In this document: piece by piece, positions 53,443 through 61,957 of the stretch
Position numbering within the stretch: position 1 is the first letter of the stretch
How the letters are laid out: every line of letters begins with the position of its first letter
DNA from: a bacterium
GTDB lineage: Bacteria > Patescibacteriota > Saccharimonadia > Saccharimonadales > SZUA-47
DNA length: 64,000 nt
Reading direction: 5' to 3'
Assembly (NCBI GenBank): GCA_030428125.1
Contig: JAUIBF010000001.1
Span: 78,102 to 142,101 of the forward strand
Translations under genes and position numbers: made by a program
The notes under the pieces: model-generated
Seen by the model: only the letters and a program-made list of their open reading frames with translations
What the model was told of the DNA's origin: nothing
Database searches by the model: none

Positions 53443-54411
53443 ATGAGGACAAATATTCTAAAGTGTCTTGGGTGGACACTAATTTGTATAGTATCTGGGG
53501 TTTTATTAGTTATCCCATCTATAATTTCAGCTCAAGAACAAACAGATACAGTTTCTCTGGGTATCTCACCTCAGCTACTTGATCTAACTGCCAATCGAGG
53601 TGAAACATTGCAAAATACGTTTCGGTTGACTAACGCATCGGCAGCAACAGTAGATATAGTTACCACACCCAAAAACTTCACACCAAGAGGAGAAGAAGGG
53701 GCAGTTGACCTAACGATTGACAGTACAAACTTTTCTCTTGCAGACTGGATTTCTGTTCAGCCTGAGAGGGTAGTGATTGAACCTGGTCAAACGCAAGATT
53801 TTGATGTAACCATTGATGTTCCAGAAAACGCTGAGTCAGGAAGTCATTTTGGATCTGTAGTCTTTCAAACTGTACCTCCTGAAGATGAAACAGCCGACGC
53901 ACTTGTTAGTCAGGAAATAGCTCCAGTTATACTAGTTAAGATTTCTGGTGAAACATTTGAAGCTGCAGACATAGAAGAGTTTAAGACGGATAACTCGAGT
54001 TACGGCTCTAACCCGACAGTAAGTTTTATTTCGAGAATAGAAAATACTGGTAATGTACATTTTAAACCAACAGGTAAAATTACTATTAAAAATATGTGGG
54101 GCGATGAAGTCGAAGTTATCGAACTAGATAGAAGAAATGTATTGCCGGACTCTATTAGGCAGTTTACTTCTGAATGGAATCCGGAAGGAACGTTGTTCGG
54201 AAGGTATAGTGCCACGCTTACGGTTGTTTATGGAGATAATGATGAAATTAAAACTGCAGAAACTAGTTTTTACATTGTGCCCTGGAAGATAATAATTCCA
54301 GTTGTTTTGGTAACGGCTTTGGTGGTGTTTGTTTTCATTAAATTCAACAAGAGACTACTATTGGCTGCTAAAGTATTGAGTGGAAAAGAAAATTCAGATA
54401 AAGAAGAGTAA
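53443..54411 (+). CDS. Signal-peptide / two Ig-like domains / C-terminal TM anchor protein (P4), paralog of P2
   Basis: Signal peptide (...SIISAQE). LGISPQLLDLTANRGETLQNTFRLTNASAATVDIV...LADWISVQPE...GQTQDFDVTIDVPENAESGSHFGSVVF. C-terminal helix IIIPVVLVTALVVFVFI plus a KFNKR tail. Confidence 0.75.
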   Translation: MRTNILKCLGWTLICIVSGVLLVIPSIISAQEQTDTVSLGISPQLLDLTANRGETLQNTFRLTNASAATVDIVTTPKNFTPRGEEGAVDLTIDSTNFSLADWISVQPERVVIEPGQTQDFDVTIDVPENAESGSHFGSVVFQTVPPEDETADALVSQEIAPVILVKISGETFEAADIEEFKTDNSSYGSNPTVSFISRIENTGNVHFKPTGKITIKNMWGDEVEVIELDRRNVLPDSIRQFTSEWNPEGTLFGRYSATLTVVYGDNDEIKTAETSFYIVPWKIIIPVVLVTALVVFVFIKFNKRLLLAAKVLSGKENSDKEE

Positions 54412-54420
54412 TCTGTTGCC

Positions 54421-55725
54421 ATGAAGTTTTTAATGGGGGTGCTGACGGTTTCTCTAGCAATATTCTTGTCTGGGACTACTGCAGGGGCAATATCGATTTC
54501 CGAACAAGTCGAGTTAACCGTAGCAGATACTAGGCTAACCATTAATGGATATGCAGCCCCAAATTCCATAATCAGGTTTGAAGAGTCATCAAGCGTGATA
54601 GCAACTACTACCTCGAATAGTTCAGGATTTTTTACAAAGACTCTAAATTCACAGCCAGCAGGTATTAGAAATATGAGGGTTTATTTCCTGGACAGTAATA
54701 ACTTAGGCTCCAGTAAGATAAATTTATCAACCAGCCTGCAATCTCAAACCGAAACAGTAGTGAATGTGCTACTGGCCCCTACCATAACTTTTGGATCGCA
54801 AAGCAAAGTATCTGCTGGGAGCACCATATCAATCAGAGGCTACACACTGCCAAATAAAAAGGTAAACATCTCGGTTGATTTTGGCGCCTTGCTTTTTTCA
54901 ACAAAAAGTGACAACCTGGGCTATTACGAATATTTGCTTGACACGAGCCTAGTAACTACAGGCGATCATGTCATAAACACCAGAGTCTTAAATGGTGGTG
55001 ATATGAGTATTTCATCAGAACAGCTGAAGTTTAATGTGAAAAATAAAAATACTCCGAACCCAGACATAGTTGTTTCGCCTAGTTTGCTTACACCCCCCAT
55101 AACAAATTCTCCCAAAGATGGGGCGCTTATAGATGGTGACAGAGTTACCATATATGGTGAGGCCCAGCCAGGTACACAGATAAATGTCTACGAGAACGGT
55201 GTGATTATCGGCTCTGTAATTACCGACGATAGTGGTAGTTGGTCGTTTTTATACAAAGCTAAGTCAACACCCGTTACGTTAAATTTCGAAGCCTGCAGAG
55301 GTGGTGAATGTAGTGTTCAGTCTAAATCCATAACATTAAATTTTAAGTCACTCAACTCCGTTTGTTTCCAGGATTTTGAACTAGAAGCGTACAGATTTTG
55401 GGATATAGAAGTAGGTCAAGAATTTTCACTTGCACTAAAAAATGAAAACAAAGGCAAGCTACTGATTGATTGGGGCGACGGAACGACTGAAAGTTTCAGT
55501 CAGGATACTCACTCCGCTAAAAAATTCGAGAAAACCTATGCCAAACATGGTGTGTATAGTGGAACGATCGAACTAAGCTATGATAACTGTGTAGAAATTA
55601 AGTATTTCTCAGTAAATGTAAAAAAAAGCGAAGAGCAAAACAGAGTCTTAATTTTGTTGATATTGTCATTTGCAATAGCTGCAGGTAGTTACCTGGTCGG
55701 TCGAGACAAAATTGATAAAAGCTAG
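54421..55725 (+). CDS. Membrane-anchored surface protein with three Big-like repeats and a PKD-like domain (P5)
   Basis: Signal peptide (...GTTAGA). Repeats LTINGYAAPNSIIRF..., ISIRGYTLPNKKVNI..., VTIYGEAQPGTQINVYENGVIIGSVITDDSGSWSF. PKD-like IDWGDGTTESF...HGVYSGTIEL. C-terminal TM VLILLILSFAIAAGSYLVG. Confidence 0.75.
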   Translation: MKFLMGVLTVSLAIFLSGTTAGAISISEQVELTVADTRLTINGYAAPNSIIRFEESSSVIATTTSNSSGFFTKTLNSQPAGIRNMRVYFLDSNNLGSSKINLSTSLQSQTETVVNVLLAPTITFGSQSKVSAGSTISIRGYTLPNKKVNISVDFGALLFSTKSDNLGYYEYLLDTSLVTTGDHVINTRVLNGGDMSISSEQLKFNVKNKNTPNPDIVVSPSLLTPPITNSPKDGALIDGDRVTIYGEAQPGTQINVYENGVIIGSVITDDSGSWSFLYKAKSTPVTLNFEACRGGECSVQSKSITLNFKSLNSVCFQDFELEAYRFWDIEVGQEFSLALKNENKGKLLIDWGDGTTESFSQDTHSAKKFEKTYAKHGVYSGTIELSYDNCVEIKYFSVNVKKSEEQNRVLILLILSFAIAAGSYLVGRDKIDKS

Positions 55726-55778
55726 ACATTTCAAATCTTAACTGTTATTTCAGGGGTCATATTGATACAATACTGCAT

Positions 55779-56144
55779 ATGCTTATCGTTTACTTTTTTC
55801 AGTGGTGGTACACCACCGGCTGGTTACTCAGAGTAAAGATGCTACTAGAGCATATGTCTTCAGTTGCGAATTTTTATTCAGTAGGCACACTTCTAAAAAC
55901 CATGTTTTCTCCTTGGAGACAAATAGTTTCAACTACACGAGCAGATCAGGGAGTAGACGCAAAATTTCAGGCGTTTCTAGATAATATAATTTCACGGTTT
56001 GTTGGATTTTTTGTTAGGCTTTTCGTTCTGATAGCAGCCGTAGTATTCGTAACATTAACGATTCTAGCAAACTTAGTGCTACTCATCATCTGGCCTGTAG
56101 CACCAGTTTTGCCACTAATTTTAGTCATTGTAGGTGTCACATGA
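55779..56144 (+). CDS. Small membrane protein (P6) coupled to the membrane AAA+ ATPase
   Basis: 121 aa. N-terminal FFQWWYTTGW and FSPWRQI blocks. C-terminal double TM. TACAAT (55766-55771) lies 7 nt before the ATG (leaderless-type). ATGA overlap with P7. Confidence 0.6.
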   Translation: MLIVYFFQWWYTTGWLLRVKMLLEHMSSVANFYSVGTLLKTMFSPWRQIVSTTRADQGVDAKFQAFLDNIISRFVGFFVRLFVLIAAVVFVTLTILANLVLLIIWPVAPVLPLILVIVGVT

Positions 56145-58522
56145 ACGCTGTTTATAACAAGCATTCGAAAAGAGCTCAAGAAACTAAGTTTCTGGTGTTT
56201 TTCAGCGACAATAAAAGAAATGTATTGTTCATAGTCGCAATGCTATTACTATTTTTTGGAATTGCATTATGGTTCTATAACTCTCTTTTCGGTTCTCTGA
56301 TTACCTCACTAAGTATTCTGATGTATTTACCGCTAGTTTGGCACAAGCTCTACCTGTCGACTTTGAGCCACCTGCCGATAACAGGAGATACGATAATTGT
56401 TGAAGATAATTTATCACCATATGTGGCCGGAAGAGTTAATGATATTGATAGCCCTTTTTCCATCTGGTCGGCAATTAAAGGGTGCTGGCAGCAAAGATTT
56501 TTCAGCCTGCATTATGGTATCGAACCAGAACTTTTTGATAGCCTAACCAAAGATAAAACAGACTTAACAGCGATGTGGGATAGCGCGTTTGGTTTAAGCC
56601 AAAAGCATCAAGAGACTGGTATTTCCACTGCTTCATTAATTATTTCTTTGATGAAAATGTTGCCAGGATACGAGCAAATTTTGGCAGATAGAAATTTAGA
56701 TATTAATGAACTTGAGAGCAGTATTGATTGGGTTCATCATGCTGAGTTGATAATCGATTACAAACCAAGAAATAAGGGTGCCGGGGGTATTGCAAGAGAT
56801 TGGACAAGCGGCTTTACTCCGACGCTAAATGAGATTGCTCATAACATTAGTCTTGAATTGGAGCAAAGAGGGCATTTGACAAGGGGCCTAGAAGGTCACA
56901 GGGCTACTCTAGATGAAATAACGTCAGCGCTGAAAGGTGGAAAACAAAATGTAATTTTGGTTGGTGATGTCGGTGTAGGTAAAACTATTACAGTTTACGG
57001 CTTCGCGTCTAGATTGATGTTGGATAAAAGCTTACCAGACTCGATTAGATACCATCAAGTATTCGCCATAGATCCAACCAGTTTGATTACTAGCAGTGAC
57101 GACCCTAACAAAGTAGAAGCTATATTTACTCGACTTATTTTAGAGGCTCAAAAATCTAAAAATGCCATATTGTTCTTTGACGATGCATCAAAATTCTTTT
57201 CTACAGGTACGGGACAGGTGAACATCGGTAAAATGCTACAGTCGGTAATAGAAAGTAATTCTATACCAGTAATTTTTGCTATGACTCCAGTCGAGTGGCA
57301 GAATGTTTCTGCGTCAAATGAAGCTCTAGCTGGTGCTCTAAATGTTGTGAAGATTCAGGCGGCCGAAAATCAGCACACTTTAAGGATACTTGAGGATCAA
57401 TCCTTATATATTGAAGGACGAAATAAAGTAGTAATTTCCTATCAGGCATTGAAGTCCGCAGTCGATTTGTCAGATCGTTACATTCGTGAAATTTCAGCTC
57501 CAGGAAATGCAATTAGACTACTAGAAAATTCTATTAATCACGCTGAAAATGGATTAGTCACAACTAAATCAGTGCAATCAAGCATTGAAGCAGCTCAAGG
57601 TGTGAAAATTCAAACAGCAAGTGGTAGCGAGAAACAAGAGTTACTTAATCTCGAAGACGAAATCCATAAAAGGATGATAAACCAGTATAGAGCTGTTAAA
57701 GTTGTTGCTGATGCACTGAGGCGCGCCAGAAGTGGTGTGAATAATCCCGATAAGCCCATCGGAACATTTCTATTTCTTGGTCCAACTGGTGTTGGTAAAA
57801 CTGAATTGTCTAAAGCAATATCAGCAACGTATTTTGGAGACGAAAAAAACTTAGTGCGCGTTGACATGAACGAACTGACAAACAGCACTGATGTCGCAAG
57901 GCTTATTGACGAAACAGCAGAGAACGGTTTACTCGCAAGTGTCGGAAGGAATCCGTTCAGTGTAGTTTTGTTTGATGAAATAGAAAAAGCTCATCCCAAC
58001 GTAATAAACTCCATTCTTCAAATGCTTGATGAAGGTGAAATGAGGGATTCGAAAAACCGTCAAATATCTTTCAAGGACGCTATAGTTATCGCGACATCTA
58101 ATGCTGGTGCAGACAAAATCAGAGAATACATAGATGACGGTAAAGAAGTAGAGCAATTTGAAGAAGAGTTCACTAACTGCTTGATAGATTCAGGAATTTT
58201 CAAACCGGAGTTCTTAAACCGTTTCGATGAAATGGTCGTGTTCAGGCCTTTGAAAATGGAGGAACTAGTTCAGGTTGTAGATATTTTAATGGCGGCAGTA
58301 AATAGTAATTTGTCTAAGCAAAAAGTTAAAGTTGAGCTTACAAATTCGGCAAAGCAGTGGCTGGCAAATCAAGGATATGATCAAAGACTTGGTGCACGAC
58401 CTCTGCGAAGAAAAGTTCAAAGTACAGTAGAGAACATCATCGCTAAGAAAATACTTAGTCCTGATTTCCGTCCAGGAGCTACCATATCTCTAGATGTGCC
58501 GGATCTAGAGGCCGAGGGTTAG
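56141..58522 (+). CDS. Membrane-anchored ClpA/ClpB-family double AAA+ ATPase (P7) with degenerate D1
   Basis: Two N-terminal TM helices (VLFIVAMLLLFFGIALWFY; LITSLSILMYLPLVW). D1 has Walker A GDVGVGKT, but its Walker B is ILFFDDAS and the position of the ERRF arginine fingers reads NEALAGAL. D2 is canonical: GPTGVGKTELSKA, VVLFDEIEKAH, ATSNAG, FLNRFD, GARPLRR. No IGF/IGL ClpP loop seen. Confidence 0.85.
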   Translation: MNAVYNKHSKRAQETKFLVFFSDNKRNVLFIVAMLLLFFGIALWFYNSLFGSLITSLSILMYLPLVWHKLYLSTLSHLPITGDTIIVEDNLSPYVAGRVNDIDSPFSIWSAIKGCWQQRFFSLHYGIEPELFDSLTKDKTDLTAMWDSAFGLSQKHQETGISTASLIISLMKMLPGYEQILADRNLDINELESSIDWVHHAELIIDYKPRNKGAGGIARDWTSGFTPTLNEIAHNISLELEQRGHLTRGLEGHRATLDEITSALKGGKQNVILVGDVGVGKTITVYGFASRLMLDKSLPDSIRYHQVFAIDPTSLITSSDDPNKVEAIFTRLILEAQKSKNAILFFDDASKFFSTGTGQVNIGKMLQSVIESNSIPVIFAMTPVEWQNVSASNEALAGALNVVKIQAAENQHTLRILEDQSLYIEGRNKVVISYQALKSAVDLSDRYIREISAPGNAIRLLENSINHAENGLVTTKSVQSSIEAAQGVKIQTASGSEKQELLNLEDEIHKRMINQYRAVKVVADALRRARSGVNNPDKPIGTFLFLGPTGVGKTELSKAISATYFGDEKNLVRVDMNELTNSTDVARLIDETAENGLLASVGRNPFSVVLFDEIEKAHPNVINSILQMLDEGEMRDSKNRQISFKDAIVIATSNAGADKIREYIDDGKEVEQFEEEFTNCLIDSGIFKPEFLNRFDEMVVFRPLKMEELVQVVDILMAAVNSNLSKQKVKVELTNSAKQWLANQGYDQRLGARPLRRKVQSTVENIIAKKILSPDFRPGATISLDVPDLEAEG

Positions 58523-58737
58523 TGAATTTAGGACTAAACATAAAGTGCTCGCAAAAAGTGCAGGACTTGGTCGCTTTCAGTGACCCCCAGAAAACATCTT
58601 TGAAAACAAGTTTTCAAGAGTTTGTCTGTTTCCGAAACGCCACTGGCGTTTCTCGCCTCCGACTCACTCCGTGAGGTCGTAGATCAAATACCCACACTAA
58701 CCAACTAAAAAGCCCATCTTGCGATGGACTATTTAGT

Positions 58738-58814
58738 TGGTCGGGGTGAGAGGACTTGAACCTCCGACCTCACGGTCCCAAACCGCGCACTCTAGCCAAC
58801 TGAGCTACACCCCG
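58738..58814 (-). tRNA. tRNA-Pro (TGG)
   Basis: Minus strand: acceptor CGGGGTG/CACCCCG, D arm GCTC/GAGT, anticodon stem CGCGG/CCGTG with loop TTTGGGA, T arm GGAGG-TTCAAGT-CCTCT, encoded CCA. Terminator hairpin AGTCCATC-gcaa-GATGGGCT + T5 follows, on the complement of about 58710-58735. Confidence 0.92.
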
Positions 58815-58968
58815 CTAAAATTTTGTCGCTGTTGCTCGAACAAAAGACGTAACTTTTTTGTTCTAGCTTGATTGCGACAAAATTTTAGCGTCCTTTCGTT
58901 CAAAGAATCCTCTCTTTGAACGAGTTAGCTACCTTAGCCGCAAAGCTACAAATACAGAGGTGATTATA
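58815..58968 (-). promoter_or_regulatory. tRNA-Pro promoter (TATAAT + CACCTCTGT) and ~140-nt hairpin-rich leader
   Basis: Complement of 58963-58968 is TATAAT, followed by CACCTCTGT. The leader has a 10-bp hairpin CGTTCAAAGA...TCTTTGAACG (58897-58922). It also has a 16-bp perfect inverted repeat GCTAAAATTTTGTCGC (58814-58829 / 58874-58889) that abuts tRNA nucleotide +1. Confidence 0.55.
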
Positions 58969-59031
58969 CGCTATTTTAATATATTTTTCCATCTAAAAAT
59001 TGCGTTTGAAGATTGTTATAATGGTTTGTAG

Positions 59032-59688
59032 ATGATTCCAAAACTCTTATTAGCGCTTGCTCCCGTTGGCTTTGTGCTGATTTTGTCAGAACTTCTCTGG
59101 CGAAAAAAAGTTATTAAAGGTGAGGCAGCACGGAAGTTCATTCATATCCTGGCTGGATGTTGGATGGCATTTTGGCCATTATACCTTCCGTTTGATGGAA
59201 TTTTTGTATTAGGCTGTATTGCATTAACTCTACTTATCTACTCCAGAATAACTAAACTATTTCACGCCATCTACGCTATAAAAAGGCGAACGTACGGAGA
59301 CTTGCTATTCGCAGTTGCTATCGTAGTTTGTGCATACTTGGCAAAGGTGGACTGGATATTTACGGTGTCGATATTATTCTTATCGCTGGCAGATGGAGGT
59401 GCTGCATTATTTGGAAAGACTTGGGGTGTAAAAAATCAATACTTTGTGTTTGGTAAAAAAGCACTAACAAAAAGCATCATCGGTACCTTAGCGTTTTTGG
59501 CTCTTGCTTACATATCAATCGGGGCAGGTTGGATTATGGGTGGAGAGGATGTGATGAGAGATAACCTAACATTAACTTTCGTCGCATTGCCGCTACTCGC
59601 AACAATTTTTGAGAATTCTATGCCTTTTGGGTTTGACAATATCATTACACCGCTAACAGCTACTATCATCTTTAACTCCTTGGTATAA
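59032..59688 (+). CDS. Polyprenol/dolichol kinase - CDP-diglyceride synthase family membrane protein
   Basis: RKFIHILAG..., LADGGAALFGKTWG, KSIIGTLAF blocks of the CTP-dependent kinase/cytidylyltransferase family. TGtTATAAT (59014-59022) lies 9 nt before the ATG. Confidence 0.55.
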   Translation: MIPKLLLALAPVGFVLILSELLWRKKVIKGEAARKFIHILAGCWMAFWPLYLPFDGIFVLGCIALTLLIYSRITKLFHAIYAIKRRTYGDLLFAVAIVVCAYLAKVDWIFTVSILFLSLADGGAALFGKTWGVKNQYFVFGKKALTKSIIGTLAFLALAYISIGAGWIMGGEDVMRDNLTLTFVALPLLATIFENSMPFGFDNIITPLTATIIFNSLV

Positions 59689-59695
59689 TGTAGGT

Positions 59696-60229
59696 ATGAT
59701 TAAAAAAATAGAAGAGAACCTGCGTGAATTCGTTTACGGAGGCATGGATGGTGCTGTAACTACATTTGCAATTGTAACTGGTGCGGCCGGTGCTAATTTT
59801 GGCACAAATGTAATTATTATTTTAGGCCTCGCAAATGTATTTGCAGATGCCTTTTCAATGGCTGTCGGTGCTTATCTGAGTGAAAAAGCAGACCAACAAT
59901 TAGAAGCCAAGAAAAACAAGAAACAAGTCGAAGAACTTGAATCTCCTCTAGCTGCATCTGTAGCAACATTTATGTCGTTTATACTTGTTGGTTTCGTACC
60001 ACTGGCTGTGTATATCGTTGATTACGTCTTTGGATTAGATTTAGACGATGGTGCATTAATTTACTCTATCATTCTGACACTAATCGCATTTGGAGCAATC
60101 GGATATTTGCGGGCTGTTGTTACGCATATAAACAAATTCAAATCTACACTAGAAACTCTCGGACTAGGCGTTGCTGCAGCTGTAATTTCTTACACTCTCG
60201 GAACAGTCCTAGAAAAAATTATAACTTAA
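59696..60229 (+). CDS. VIT1/CCC1-family iron/manganese transporter
   Basis: FVYGGMDGAVTTFAIVTGAAGA and FADAFSMAVGAYLSEKA blocks. C-terminal TM bundle. Confidence 0.75.
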   Translation: MIKKIEENLREFVYGGMDGAVTTFAIVTGAAGANFGTNVIIILGLANVFADAFSMAVGAYLSEKADQQLEAKKNKKQVEELESPLAASVATFMSFILVGFVPLAVYIVDYVFGLDLDDGALIYSIILTLIAFGAIGYLRAVVTHINKFKSTLETLGLGVAAAVISYTLGTVLEKIIT

Positions 60230-60711
60230 TTACCAGGGTGAACGTCGTCGGTGTGACGCTTGCTTTTGCCTAAATATTTCTGCTCTAAGTTTCCAACCGC
60301 CGCGTTTACTAATATAACTAACCCAGTTAGAGCAAGTGCCAACCAGTATCTTTCAAGTGCAACGGTAATACCAATAGCTGCCGCGAACAGTATAGAGGCT
60401 GCTGTAGTTAAGTAATAAACATTATGATCTTTCTCGCTTTTCAATACTGTACCGGCACCAATAAATGAGATGCCTACAATAATTGCTTCAACAACACGTA
60501 CAGGGTCTGACTGAACTTTCCCAAAGGATTCGTTAAATTCATGGATTATCAGTGTGCTTATGGACATCACGAGCGTTGCAGCTCCTGCTACGAACATGTG
60601 AGTTCGTATACCAGCGGGTTTTTTAGCTAACTCTCGTTCTATTCCGATAACTCCACCAAGACATACGGCTACAACTACTTTCAGTAAAATGTCGATTTCT
60701 TCTTGGCTCAT
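60226..60711 (-). CDS. MgtC/SapB-family membrane protein
   Basis: GGVIGIERELAKKPAGIRTHMFV signature. 4-5 TM helices. 161 aa. Confidence 0.82.
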   Translation of the reverse strand: MSQEEIDILLKVVVAVCLGGVIGIERELAKKPAGIRTHMFVAGAATLVMSISTLIIHEFNESFGKVQSDPVRVVEAIIVGISFIGAGTVLKSEKDHNVYYLTTAASILFAAAIGITVALERYWLALALTGLVILVNAAVGNLEQKYLGKSKRHTDDVHPGN

Positions 60712-60769
60712 CTTTAACCATAAGTATTACAGACAGTGACTTGCCAATCAAGTATTTATTTTAAACTGA

Positions 60770-61396
60770 TTACTTTTTTCGTTGTAAGATACTGCCTGCT
60801 AGGGTGCCAACGATAGCCGTTAGCAGTACAATCGAAACGAGCTCACCAGTTCCAGTTTTTGGTAAAGTGGTTGCTGTTAAAACTTTTGGCTCCTCTTTCT
60901 CAGTACATTCGCTTGTGTCAGTAGATAATTTTTCAGATTCTTCAATTGTAATTATTTTGCCGTCTCTACAAACTTCAATTTTTTTAGGTTCTTCGCAGTG
61001 AAGTTCAACGTTCATCCCGCCTGAAAATACTTTATCTTTACCTAGGACTAATGTTACTAGTACTTCATCTTCTAACTTTAGAGATCCTTCAGCTTCAGTA
61101 AGCTCATTTGCCTTACGTTCAACGTCCTCTAGGATAACCTTACTTTCACCTGAACTTACAACAATGTTGTTGCCTGGGTGTACAGAACCTTGGTTTTTAG
61201 CAGTAGCTTTAACTTCACAAGTCATGCCTACTAATTCTGGACTTACTTCTTCGGATGCAAGTTTATGAGTAGAGCCTTTATCTCCCCGAACAATAGTTTT
61301 TATTGGAACACTAATTTGAGGTATTTCAGCAGCAAAAACCTTCGCGGGTACTATCAAAACCAGTAACAAAGACACCAAAAGCAACAAACTTTTCAT
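60770..61396 (-). CDS. LPXTG-anchored surface protein
   Basis: Signal peptide (...AKVFA/AEI). C-terminal LPKTG, a hydrophobic helix (ELVSIVLLTAIVGTLAGSIL), then QRKK. Confidence 0.8.
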   Translation of the reverse strand: MKSLLLLVSLLLVLIVPAKVFAAEIPQISVPIKTIVRGDKGSTHKLASEEVSPELVGMTCEVKATAKNQGSVHPGNNIVVSSGESKVILEDVERKANELTEAEGSLKLEDEVLVTLVLGKDKVFSGGMNVELHCEEPKKIEVCRDGKIITIEESEKLSTDTSECTEKEEPKVLTATTLPKTGTGELVSIVLLTAIVGTLAGSILQRKK

Positions 61397-61503
61397 GACA
61401 AAAGCTCCTTTATTTCATCTATTATCATACTACAAATTAGTAAAAAAGTCAATACCTTGCAAGTTAAAATAAAAAAAGACCGATAAATTTCAGTCTCTTT
61501 TCA

Positions 61504-61581
61504 TGGGGTGGCTAATGGGAATTGAACCCACGACCTTCGGAACCACAACCCGACGCTCTAACCAACTGAGCTATAGCCACC
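61504..61581 (-). tRNA. tRNA-His (GTG) with encoded G-1
   Basis: Minus strand: G-1 + acceptor GTGGCTA/TAGCCAC, discriminator C, anticodon stem TCGGG/TCCGA with loop TTGTGGT, T arm GTGGG-TTCAATT-CCCAT, CCA. Confidence 0.92.
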
Positions 61582-61585
61582 ATAC

Positions 61586-61662
61586 TGGTACACCCGGCAG
61601 GACTCGAACCTGCGACACGCGGGATAGAAGCCCGCTGCTCTAATCCACTGAGCTACGGGTGC
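61586..61662 (-). tRNA. tRNA-Arg (TCT)
   Basis: Minus strand: acceptor GCACCCG/CGGGTGT, anticodon stem GCGGG/CCCGC with loop CTTCTAT, T arm GCAGG-TTCGAGT-CCTGC, CCA. 4 nt from tRNA-His. Confidence 0.92.
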
Positions 61663-61810
61663 ACGTCAACGTGTAATGTATTGGTAAGACAAATTGTTGA
61701 GAAAATGAATTTCTCAACAATTATGCTTACCGATACCAGCCGATTCCTTACAAATTCGAGATTCCTCTCTCGAGTTTGAAATAGCTACAGGTGGGAAATT
61801 TACTATTCCG

Positions 61811-61885
61811 TGGTGCGGGTAGAGAGAATCGAACTCTCCTCTCGAGTTTGGAAAACTCGCATTCTAGCCGATGAACTATACCCGC
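61811..61885 (-). tRNA. tRNA-Gly (TCC)
   Basis: Minus strand: acceptor GCGGGTA/TACCCGC, anticodon stem CGAGT/ACTCG with loop TTTCCAA, T arm GAGAG-TTCGATT-CTCTC, CCA. Confidence 0.92.
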
Positions 61886-61916
61886 TCATCTTAGTAAACG
61901 TATAAACTGTTACTAC

Positions 61917-61932
61917 AACAGAGGTGATTATA
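61917..61932 (-). promoter_or_regulatory. Promoter of the Gly-Arg-His tRNA operon (TATAAT + CACCTCTGTT)
   Basis: Complement of 61927-61932 is TATAAT, followed immediately by CACCTCTGTT. About 35 nt upstream of tRNA-Gly. Confidence 0.55.
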
Positions 61933-61957
61933 GCCTAAAACGGTAACAATTACTAGA

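Noticed and set aside
58656-58667. 12-nt match (CCTCCGACTCAC) to the T-arm region of tRNA-Pro about 90 nt away, considered as an att-site duplication from an integrated element
   Set aside because: It is too short, contains an indel and lies too close to the tRNA. No integrase or foreign-looking DNA lies between or nearby.
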